Below are positions 14,711-25,496 of a stretch of 64,000 nucleotides of DNA, one piece after another. Positions within the stretch are counted from its first letter, which is position 1. Each line of letters starts with the position of its first letter. A program made the translations under genes and the position numbers. The DNA is from Isurus oxyrinchus (taxonomy: Eukaryota): assembly GCA_026770705.1 (NCBI GenBank), contig JANJGN010000036.1, forward strand, positions 3,038,001-3,102,000, given 5' to 3'. The notes beneath the pieces were generated by a model that saw only the letters and a program-made list of their open reading frames with translations, was not told the origin of the DNA and ran no database searches.

Positions 14711-16347
14711 GTTAACCCGAGTCATTCATATGGACGTTGCGAGTGTCTATAATCAGGTCATGTTTGCTGTCGCCTTTTTCTTAAAATAATCTTTCAAACG
14801 GCCACTGACAGGGAGAAATATCGATTAGTATCGGGTCTTCACCAACGCATTGTTCAGACCAGAATTAAATAAATGCAGTGTTAGTTTAATTCCACCTTGT
14901 CTCTGACTTGGCCTGTCATTATGGAGGGGCTCTGAGACAGAGAGGGCTCAGATTCTGCAACTAGAAAGATGATTGTTACATTACCACTGATTGTTGAGAG
15001 TAAGTGCATTTACAGCAGTTCAATGGAAAATTGAAAGCACAGTTATGACTTTGAAATAGCTGTTAAGCTTCTTTGACGTTACAGTTTACAGGGTCACATA
15101 GAATTTACAGCACAGAAACAGGCCATTCCACCCGAATGCTCGTACATGTTTATGCTCCACAGGAGCCTCCTACCACCCCAACCCCATCTTCACCTCAGCC
15201 CAACAGTATATCCTTTCATTCCTTTCTCCCGAATATATTCATCCATCTCCTCACTTAAATGCATCTCTGCAATAGCCGCATCCATTCCCTGTTGGAACGG
15301 GTTCCACACTCTCCCCAAAGTATTGGTAAAGATGTTGCTCCTGAATTCCAGACTGGATTTATCTAATATTAATGTCCCTTCGTTACAGAGGACCAGGGGA
15401 ACGCAAGAGCGTCAGTAGGCCATCCAACACTTCTCCACCATTCAATAAGATCATGGCCGATATGGTTTTGGTCTCAATTCCACTTTCCTCCTTGCTGCCC
15501 ATAGGCCTTGAATCCCTCGACTAACAAAAATATGTCTAATGCGGCCTTAAATAAATTCAAAGGCCCAACCGCGATTACTTTCTGGGAATAGATTTCCACA
15601 CACCAGCGACCCTTTGGGTTAAAAAAAAGTCTCGACATCTCTGCCTCCATGCCCCGAGCATGGCCACAGCAGGAATCATCCTCCGGGTATCCGACCTATC
15701 AAGGCCCCTCAGAAACGTATATTATTCATTAAGATCACCCTTTATTCTTCTAAACTCCAATACGAATTCCCGAATTTCCGAAATTCCTCGTTTGATTTAT
15801 TGGTGACCAATATGTTTGAAATCCTGCAGATGTAGAACAATCTTCCTTACTTCTGCCTAAAGAAATCAGTTCATAAGTTTAAAGCCCTCGATCAGATGAC
15901 CCCTCAATCTTTCCCCTTTTTAGAGTAAACATCTCCAGCCGGTTCCTCCGTTCTTGATAGTTATAAGCTCACGGTTCTGATATCATTCTTGTGACATATT
16001 AACTGCACATTTTCCAATGCCTCTGCATCCTTTGTAGAATATGCAAAACTATGTTCTGTACTCCAAATGTGGTCTAACCCATGCAAGTAAATGCCTGGTG
16101 TATTTTGTAAAACAGATTATGAGTGCTTGATAGCACTTTGACCATCAATAAACAGGAAAACCGCAGAGAACTGTCTACCTCGGCACCATTTTCCAAACCC
16201 TATCGTGTATCTATTAATAAAGACAGAAGACGATTCAGTCTGCACAATTCACATCTCCTTCAGACGGAGAGAACGTGAGCGAGTCCTTAGTGAGATTCGG
16301 ATCGGGGGCTGAAAGTCAGTCAGGCAGTCAGTCTGAAATCACGGGCA

Positions 16348-16390
16348 ATGAGCTTCCTCGGTGTGTTTGCATTGTCCCATCTCTTCCAAG
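16348..16390 (+). CDS. A1 exon 1, signal peptide MSFLGVFALSHLFQ
   Basis: ATG at 16348, hydrophobic 14 codons, CAAG|GTAAG phase-1 donor. Homologous 43-nt exon at 23198-23240. Confidence 0.8.
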
Positions 16391-18348
16391 GTAAGATGTC
16401 CTATCATTTTCAGATAGAGTGGGGAAGGTTTGGGACAGTCAAATAAGAAGAAAATGTTTCGACTGGGAGGAAGAAAGGCAAGCAGAGAGACGCACGTTTA
16501 TGATAATCGGCCAAAAACCACAGGGGCAGACCTGAAGATTTTTTTAACTAAGCGATCTGGATCTTGTGATCTGGAAGGCTGTGCCTGAAAAAGAGGTAGA
16601 AGCAGATTCAGTAGGAACTTTCAAAAGGGAAATTGCGCAAATACTTGAAAGGTAAAAATTTGCAGGGATATGGGGGAAGGAGCGGGCAGGAGATTGAGGG
16701 CAAATTGGATAAATCCCCCCAAGTGCCAGCATTCTGAAGAGCCGAATGGCCTCCTCCTACGCTGTGCGATTCTGTCAGATGCAATTCAGTTATAAAGTGC
16801 AAAGTACAACTAGAATGAATATAGTCAACAACGTGGAAAATGTGTATCCGTCAGGATCAATGACTGGAATTAATCCGAAATGTAACCTACCCTGCGATAA
16901 AAGATGTGAGTTGGCTCCATCGACATTATTGGTGATTGAGAAGAGGACAGAGTTTCAAGTGGATCAGTAAAATGAGTTACAAATTCGGGAACAAAATAAA
17001 CTGCCCAAATTCAGCGGGAAGAGGAAACGAAGAGCGGATGAGAGAAGAAGAAAACTGTTGATTATTTTAGCTTCGAAGAAACTATGAAAAGTTATTAACT
17101 TCACACAGTTCCCATGTTTGTATCCCAGTGATTGAACCAGGTTTACCGGTGAATGGACAAGTACTGTGTCCTTGAAACGGCAAGAAAAAAATGGTGCAAA
17201 CAACTGATTCCAAGCGTTTTTTTTTTTTGCTGTGGACTACTTTTTTTAAAGGATTGCGCTTCCTGCCTATCGCGGTCTCTCCGCCGGAGGCTGGCTTCGG
17301 GGGAGAGGGTATTTGGGTGCGGGGCGACGGGCTGCACCACAACTTGAAGTAAATCTTGCTTATTTCTCTCTTGATCAGTTATTGTGTCTCAGACCGTCTT
17401 GTCTCAGTCTCCGCCGGTTCAAACACTCACTGCGGGGAGTCACGCAAAACTGAGCTGCCACATTAGTAGGTCAGTGGCTGGCTACGCCTCCTGGTACAGA
17501 CAGCGGGAGCGAAACAAGATGATGCTGGTTTACACAGCGGGCACGTACATCCCAGCAGAGGGGAGGTTTTCCAGCGAGATTTCTGAACAAGCGGGTTATT
17601 ATTCACTGCTCATTGCGGATACCCGGAGAAACGATTCTGGAATGTATTACTGTGCAAGCGAAAATTACCACAACAGGGCTTTAATATTCGGAAATGGCTC
17701 CCAGTTAGTGATTACAGGTAAATGGCATTAATATTCCATTGCATTGGCCATTTCGACAGCAATTAAATGTATCTGGTTTCAGCTGTTAATGGAGTTTCTG
17801 CTTTATTTGCCAAATTTAGAGGGCTCCCCCACCATATTCCTCCTCACCCCGCCGGAGGATGAGATTCCTTCGATGGAAAGGATCCCGTTGTTGTGTTTGA
17901 TCAAAGGCTTGTCCTCCGATTCCTTTCGCGTTCGCTGGAATGTTTCCGGGCAGGATAATGAGGGACAGACTGATTCCGGGACAATTGAGTCGGACGGGAC
18001 CTACACCATCAGGAGTTACACCAGCCTCTCGGCGGAAACTTGGAGCAGTGGTGCTCTCTGCAATTGCGCCGCTCAAATCAACTCCATTGAAAATATTCTC
18101 AGTGCAAGTATTTCATCTCAGAGAGGTAGGTATTAACAGTGTCCGTTTACCAATCTATTAAATGCTGAAGGGAGGCTGTGTCAATTTTGTAAGGTAGAAT
18201 CTTTCCGTGTGCGTCCATGTATCATCATTTCATCAGTGATCTATCACGGAGCTCTCAATCTTTCATACTTTCAGACACTATGAATGTCCATCTTAAAGAG
18301 TGCTTATAAGATCTCTGCTCTCTCTTGCTGGCCATCTAGCAATCTCTC

Positions 18349-18379
<31 letters not shown>

Positions 18380-19570
18380 ATTTCTCCTCCCTCTTTCTAT
18401 CGCTTTCTACCCCTGCCCTGTTTCAACATTGTTCTGTAAGATCTCTGCTCTATTTCAGGATAACGAATTACCCAAATAAACTATTTCCGTTTTCGGGTGA
18501 AATCAAACAATTAAATCGTCAAACTTTCTCTTGTTTAATTAATTCCACAAACTTTTATTAAATGAAAGGTGTGGGGTTTTTTTTGCAGATTCTCTGCTAT
18601 TTACCACCTGCAGTTTTCGGCTTTCCGTGATTTTGTCGGCGGCGGTGCTTCTCCTTCTGGGGATTATCCTTGTGGTCGGGAGAAGGAGATGCAGGAACCG
18701 GCAGATAGGTAGAGATTGTTGGGAGACGCTCTAACGCCTGGGCGCTCTTAATCTATCCATTTATCAATGGGTTATTGACACTTTCAGTCTGTTCAGTGTG
18801 AAATGTGGCTATTTTTGTTCATTTCAAATTTTACTTTCTTACAGGCAACATGAACATTGCTGAGGATCTGACATATTCCAGAGAACAACAAGAGAATAAA
18901 GAGGTAAAAGAATGGAATTGTTGTTGCAAATGCGCGTAGATACATTTCACTGAATTTTAATCCATAGTTTAAATTTCATAATAATTGTTATATGAGCCAG
19001 GAAAACTTTGCTATGTGAGTGCTACACGAGCGCAGAAACTAGGCTTTAATCCCCCGAGTGCAGAAGATTAAGGGGTGATCTAACCAGGGGATTTAAGATG
19101 GTTAAGTGATACGATGGGGCCAATGGAAAGAAATTGTTTCCTCTGGTGGCGTTTTCAAAGGGCGAGTGCAGAACACGGGGCAGAACGTTAAAATTAGAGC
19201 AGCTCGTTCAGGGTTGATATCAGGGAGCACTTCGACACAAAAATAGCCACAGGCAATCTGTAACTCTCTTGCCCAAAACGCTGTTGATACCGCAGGATCA
19301 ATTGGAAATGGCAAATCTATGATTGATGGATTTTTCTTGGTTAAGGGGTTTAAGGATTATGGAAACAAGATGGGTAAATGGGAGTTATGATACCGATCCT
19401 CCAGATAACAGAATACAGTATAATGATCTAATTGAATAGACTGGGGGGGCAGAATGGCCACCTCCTATCTCTATGACGATGCTGTGTGATGTGTTAAGAG
19501 ATTGTATTTTTCTTTTCCCCCATAGACACTATATGCCCGCTTGGCTTTTAAGGAGGACCCCACACACTGA
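16348..19570 (+). CDS. Gene A1: intact non-rearranging VJ-C1-TM-cytoplasmic immunoglobulin-superfamily receptor (antigen-receptor-like), 6 exons, 303 aa
   Basis: join(16348-16390,17379-17717,17820-18125,18589-18708,18845-18903,19526-19570) = 912 nt. All introns are GT-AG, phases 1,1,1,1,0, with no internal stop. Encodes leader, V+J, C1, hydrophobic TM and Tyr-containing tail. The same exon set recurs in paralog A2. Confidence 0.88.
17379..17717 (+). CDS. A1 exon 2, V-set domain with germline-fused J segment
   Basis: LSQSP..KLSC..WYRQ..RFS..LLI..DSGMYYC..LIFGNGSQLVIT. Acceptor TTGATCAG, donor ACAG|GTAAAT, phase 1-1. Confidence 0.93.
17820..18125 (+). CDS. A1 exon 3, C1-set constant domain
   Basis: PTIFLLTPP..LLCLIKG..W..DGTYTIRS..ETWSSG.LCNC is a typical Ig/TCR C1 pattern. 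Phase 1-1, 306 nt. Confidence 0.92.
18589..18708 (+). CDS. A1 exon 4, connecting peptide + transmembrane (DSLLFTTCSFRLSVILSAAVLLLLGIILVVGRRRCRNRQI)
   Basis: Poly-T/GCAG acceptor, ~20 hydrophobic residues followed by basic stop-transfer RRRCR, G|GTAGAG donor, phase 1-1. Confidence 0.88.
18845..18903 (+). CDS. A1 exon 5, cytoplasmic (GNMNIAEDLTYSREQQENKE)
   Basis: TTTCTTACAG acceptor, GAG|GTAAAA donor, phase 1-0. Homologous 59-nt exon at 25019-25077. Confidence 0.8.
19526..19570 (+). CDS. A1 exon 6, cytoplasmic end TLYARLAFKEDPTH* with TxYxxL motif
   Basis: Strong polypyrimidine/CATAG acceptor, phase 0. Homologous 45-nt segment at 25452-25496. Confidence 0.8.
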   Translation, partial: TLYARLAFKEDPTH

Positions 19571-22500
19571 TTGCAGAGGAAAGAGGGAGAGATATCGCAA
19601 TCTGCTCCCCGTACTTGATGTGTTCTCGACAGTTTCCTCCGTTGGGCAGGACAGTCCAAAAGTCCAACCATCGCAAATTCCGGCGCATTCTCTGCAGAAT
19701 TTTGTGATTTCGCCCATAGGGGACCCGGAAGTATCTCATAATGCCCACTACACTAAGGATGAAATATCACCTACAGTTAGACTTCAGTATCCCCAGGTTT
19801 CTGTTATCTGGTATTAGTGATTATTATTGCATTCTACACCTTTGTTCAGCAGATCAGCAAGATATTACATAAATAGGCTTTAAAATGTATATGTGTTCGA
19901 GTTACCTACAGATTAAAACAGGTTTGAAAACTGATTACAGCTCTGTGATTCGAGTTTTTTGATGATGCAGACCACATGCGCCCAAGTTATCTCTGAGGCT
20001 AATTTACAAAGTCATTGAAAGAGCCATTTGCAAACAGGATAGAAATAGGGTTATGTACCGACAGGTGCTGGAGGGTATTTAGGCTGCATTGATATGAAAG
20101 CTGCAGCGTTACTGCACACCGAACCTTCACTGGCTGTGTCCTGGGAGGGAACAATGTTGCATTTACTCTTGAAAGAAGATTATTTACGATCCAACCACCC
20201 TTTTGATATTGCACTTGAGTGAATCTTTTCGAGTAAAATCACTGGTTCGAAGACACGTAAAGCACCGGAGGTGGCCATTCGGCCAATCACGCTTGTGCCA
20301 GATCTTGGAATGTGCCCTTTAGTCCCACGCCCCACTGTCTCCTCATGGCCCGAAGAATTAGCCCTCTAGTACACACCTCCCAGTAAGTGTTAGTCTCCAT
20401 CCTGAGTACAGCACATCCTATCGGCTGTGACTGGAAGCGTCTTGCTGGTGATGTTAATAATTAGCAAACATGAAAATAATTCCCTCCTCCCATTAGAATA
20501 ACAATCTGATGCATGAGTAAATTTGGGGTGATTACTCACTGAGATGTTGTAATCTAATTTCATGACATCTTTAATTTCATCAAAATTAAAAAGCTGGCCT
20601 GGAAACCGTTGGTCCGCTGATAACTGGATATTTTTGCTGGTGACTAAACTCTGATCTTCATAACGTCTTGTGATTCCGGTTCATAACGAATAGAAACTTT
20701 CCCAAATTAACATTGGCTTATTCAGCTGTAAAGATTCATTCTGCGCTGATATATCCAGAGTATTTTGAGGCATTAATTACAAAATGCAGATGGAAAAGGT
20801 CAACGTGCAAAACACTGTTCATCCACCCGGCAAGGTTCTGACATCCTCATCCTGCAGGAAATCAACTGTTCCCTTTAATAAATCAGGGGGATTTGCAAGC
20901 GCTTCCCTATACTCCATACCCAGAGAGTAATTCCTGGTGCGGATCACACTGCGTCACCGAACTCCTGGCATGATTCCTCGTAATATCATAACCTGTTAAT
21001 CCTAGAGGCACTTTGGAAACATTCAGTTCCTCTGGTTGGATTTAGCATTCGATGTGATCATGGCTGAAGTTACGAAATTGAGATAGCTTAAGTACATTAG
21101 ATGTGTATTTGGGTTTTTTTTATGTTCGGGAGGCATCTTTAAGTTTACGTTTAGTTTATGTGTAGTTTTTTTCTATTTGTCGATTAAAAGGTGGAACCTT
21201 GGATCTACTTTCATTTTTGAGTGGAGGCAACGGTTTAAAGCTCTGTTTGTATATCTGCGTTTCTCATCAGTTTTATGATCCTTGAAGAGAAGGTAAAGCA
21301 ATCCTAGCAATAGGGGCCCAGAAAGGGTTGCTGCCGCACACACACGCACAGACAGACACAGATGTACACAGAGAGGGGCAGAGGGAAAACAGCAGTTTGA
21401 GTTCACTTGAAAGCAGCTTCCAGGGAGAGGCTGGAGGGCAGGGCGACTGACAGCAAGTCCCAAATTGAAGTTAAAGCCAAGACTTCAGTCTAAATGGAGA
21501 AGGGGCAGCAGAGAGCGGTTTTCCTAAAAGAAAGGAAAGATCACAAACCTAAAGGTTGAGACAGAAACGGGGTGAAGGCACAAGGTAACATTCACGAAAG
21601 GAGAACAACCTGGTGTGGAATTGATTGAATATGTGGATAAGCTCATTTTATCATGAAAAGGTACCTGGGGAGTCTCTGGAAGGAAGCGCTGCTCACGCTG
21701 CATCTAAAGCTCAGCTCCTCACGTGTAAAAAAGGGCAGTTGCCAGTGAGGGAGAAGCGCTATCAGACACTCACTCTGCTGCCACCGGAGAAGGTGGTTGA
21801 TTAACTCAATGACCCAATTCACATCCAAGCTTTAGTATTCTTAAGATGAACCAGCTCGGAGACTAGTTGACAGGAAATAGTTAATGAGTCCTTCAGATGC
21901 AAAATTGAACTAGTTAGAAATTTATAATGACGGGTTTAATAATTTAATGTCGGATTTGTGGACTAAAGCCGATTCTCACACTCTGGCACGTTCACTGATA
22001 TTATGTATTCTTCAAAATAAACCAGATAGCGGATCTTATAATTGTGTTGACCAAAATATGACCGTAAATATTAGCCTTAGATTATTCTGCAAGTGAATCT
22101 GATTTATTGATATGCGGCACAGGTTGGATATCTGTATGTTTCAGGATATCACAAAAAGTGGGTTAATGGACACCAGGTTGAATGGATTGGGTGGGGTCAC
22201 GAAATTGTTGGCCCCGGTTTCGAGGTTATAACTATCAGGAAGGATTGAAGAGGCTGAGGCTCTTACATGTGGAAACGGCGAGTCTGAGGGGGTGCCTGAT
22301 AGAGGTAATTAAATTTATGTACATATTCGATACGTTAGACGTAAAGAAGATATTCCTACTTGTTGGGAGCGAGACCAGAACTAGGGACCATCAATATAAA
22401 GTAGTCACCAATAAATCCAGTCAGGAACGCAGCAGGAGAATCTTCTTTATTCATACAGTGGGGAGAATGTGGAACTCTCTCGCACAGAGTGTGGTCGAGG

Positions 22501-23197
22501 TGAATCGCAGAGAAGGTTATCAGATAGGAATCAGGTAAAGGCACGAGTGAGAAAGGAATAGAAGGGTATGATGATGGGGTGAGATGAAGAGCGAGTTGGA
22601 GGGGGTTGTGCGCAGCAGATACACCAGCACGGAGCAGATGGCCGATGCCCCGCTGATCCACAGGAGTAATACTGACACAAAAAGACAGGCGGGAAGACAG
22701 ATTCTGGGTGAAACAGTAACTGAAATATTAGCGTCATACTCTAGCTTTTTTTCAATCTGTTGTGCTTTTGTTGAAACCAGAATTAATTAATGTGTCTCGG
22801 GTGAAAAGTAAAAACAGAACACTCGGAATTGGAGACATTTCCGCTGTGCCCACGCGAATGTTGCAAACAGTAATGTTGTTGCAAGCAGCACCTTTTCATG
22901 TTGTCCCCACTTTGAACCAGCCCGGACTGCCCACCGCCTGTGACGCGTGTTTATCACGATCTGTAGCGTGTTGCCCTTTGCAGGCAGAGCCGTGTGTGGT
23001 CACCTAATCTGTAAACAGGAAACCCTCAGCTACAATTTACATCGCGCTGATTTTTCCAGTGCGCTATTTTTTACGTTGTACGTAATTAACGCAAAATGTG
23101 TATTATCACCACGTCTTCCGAGCCCGGGGCCGAGAACTGAGACACCGGAGCGAAGAGACGGTGCAAACCGCACAGACACCTGCCGGAATCGGAGACC

Positions 23198-25496
23198 GTG
23201 AGCTTCTTTATGACCTGTGCGTTGCTGCATCTGTTTCCCGGTTTGTGCCTTCTTCATTCCCCATTCAGGATGGCTTAAGACCACTGAGATAATCAGCCAA
23301 GTAGAAATTTATGCTCACATCTACACTGTATAACATCCGCTTCACATTGAAGGACTCAATTATGTCCATCTGATCAAAGTCGATCACTTAGCAACATTGT
23401 CCAACCTATCGGCTGAGAAGTTAAACTGAGGCTTTCTGTCTACCTCCTTCGGATGGCGAGGATCTGAAAGGTGGGGGAGCAGGTCGACGGAGGTACCCCC
23501 TGAGTCACTGGGGCCAATAGTTAGCCCCAAACAACAGCACAACCTCTGTCATTATCACATTGTTATTTGTGGGTCTTGCTGTGCGCAGTTACAGCTGCCG
23601 CTTTTGCTACATGACAACAGAAACTAACTTCAAAAAAGCTTCATTGCCCCTGAAGCGCCTCTTTCCCTCTTGCTCTTGTTGTTATTTCAAATTTAACCCA
23701 CAACGTTTGACCGCATGAGCATTCATTAAGTAGTTGGTGGTCTATTATATATTTTAGTTTTGTAGCCGATTCTTCATGGGAAACATTTTCTCTCTCCCTG
23801 CCATAACAGAACTTTTAGTGTTGATTTTAGGCCTCTCAGTAATGGCATCTACGGCAGCTTTGCCCCAGATTCCGGCGGTTCAGAGTCTGTTGCTTGGAAG
23901 TATGTAAAATGTGCACGGTGACACGGCTTGATTGGCAGAGAGTCAGGGGTGGGACGGGATGCGGTCCATTTGCGTAAACGGGGCACCTGCAACTGGTTTA
24001 CACCGTGAAAAGGTACGCCCCTTCAACCGGGAGATTTTCGAGAGAAGTTAACGGCAAATTGACTCTCTATTCCCTGATAATTGCTGGTGTCCGGGCCAGT
24101 GATTCAAAGATGTATCACTGAGAAACTAAAGATCTCAGTTTGGAAATGGTTGCAAATTCTCGACACAGGTAAACATTACTAGAATTTTACGCATTACGTC
24201 ATTAATAGGAAGTTACGGCCAATAGCCATCGAATCTTAACGCCCCATCCTACCAAGTTCTCCAATAATCGACCTTCTAAACTCGCCACCGGATGAAATTC
24301 TTCCACGGGAAGGGGCCCTTTAGTGTGTTTGGTGAAGGGTGTGGATCACTTCGTAGCCCGCTGGAACAATACCGGGCGGGATCCCCAGGAACAGAGCAAT
24401 TCCAGGACAATCGATCCATTAGGAGTTCCATAATTCTTTGGGCGGATACTTGAAGCAGTGGGAGCTCGGTGTGCTTGCGCCGTTCAAAAAAACCCCAGTT
24501 AAAATCTTCTACGTGAAAGTGTCTCATATCAGAGAGTTAGGTATTAAGAGTTATCTTGTGCATTTAATGTGCGGAATGTTTGTTAGCAGTATCACTTCGT
24601 ACATTAAAGATCCCCCTTTTTATATGTCCATGTATATTTCCCTGACCCCTTACCCCGCTCGTTGGAAAAGAAGCGTTTTGAGAGAGATAACCTATTATGG
24701 CATTTCATAACCTATTTATGAAATAAAATCCAAAATTTTTGTCCACCAATTTCTCTCTCGATTCCCACATGTGATTATTTGTATTCCTATAGAGCTTACA
24801 GCAGAGACTCAGTGCATTCAGCCGTTCGGCTCCTGGCTGTTGTTTGTGCTCCTCACAAGCCTCCTCCCACCCCTCTTCATCTCATCCCATCAACATATCA
24901 TTCTGTTCCCTTATTCATGACGTGTTTATCCAGCGTCTTTTAAATGCATCTTAGCTATTGACTTTCATCTGTTTCAATGTGGCTTTTTCGACTCACTTTA
25001 AATTTCACTGTCTAACAGACAACATGAACAGCGATGCGGAACTGCAAGATTCCAGAGCAACTACACAAGAAAAGACAGTACCTATGAATGGAATTGTTTC
25101 CTAGCATGTGGAGATCCATTTAACTGAATTCTAGTCAACGGTATAACAGTCATATCTACTGCCATATGAGTGTAGGAGATTCTGCAGAGTGCATACTGCA
25201 AGATAACACTGTTTAGGTCTCCCAAAACAGTGCAATAATAGATTAAAAATATTGATAGTGGATCAACTGAATATGGCAAAATTCTGATTGATATGTTTTT
25301 GTTGGGTAAATTGTTATGGAATGAAGGCGAGGAGATGGGGTTGAAGATCAGATCAGAAATTATCTCATTGAAAGACAGAACAGGGTTGAACGGCTGAATG
25401 CCCTCCTGATAATGGTGCGACTCACGATAATTGTTTGCGTTTTCTCTTACGGCTCTCTTTGCTCGGCTGGCGTTCAATGCGCATCCCACAATCTGA
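23198..25496 (+). pseudogene. A2: pseudogene paralog of A1
   Basis: Leader 23198-23240 (ATG>GTG). V ~23835-24168 (LVYT..GRFS..YSLII..DSKMYH*..FGNG, with stops and frameshifts). C1 ~24262-24536 (PLVCLVKG..W..CAC, donor mutated). No TM exon seen. Cytoplasmic exons 25019-25077 and 25452-25496 (ALFARL, acceptor AG>CG). Confidence 0.85.

Noticed and set aside
17379-18125. A conventional rearranging TCR or Ig light-chain locus
   Set aside because: V and J are pre-joined with no RSS, the V-C intron is only 102 nt, and TM plus Tyr-tail exons follow.
19473-19817. 114-aa ORF overlapping A1 exon 6
   Set aside because: Different frame from the paralog-supported TLYARL exon, so it is likely intron plus 3' UTR.
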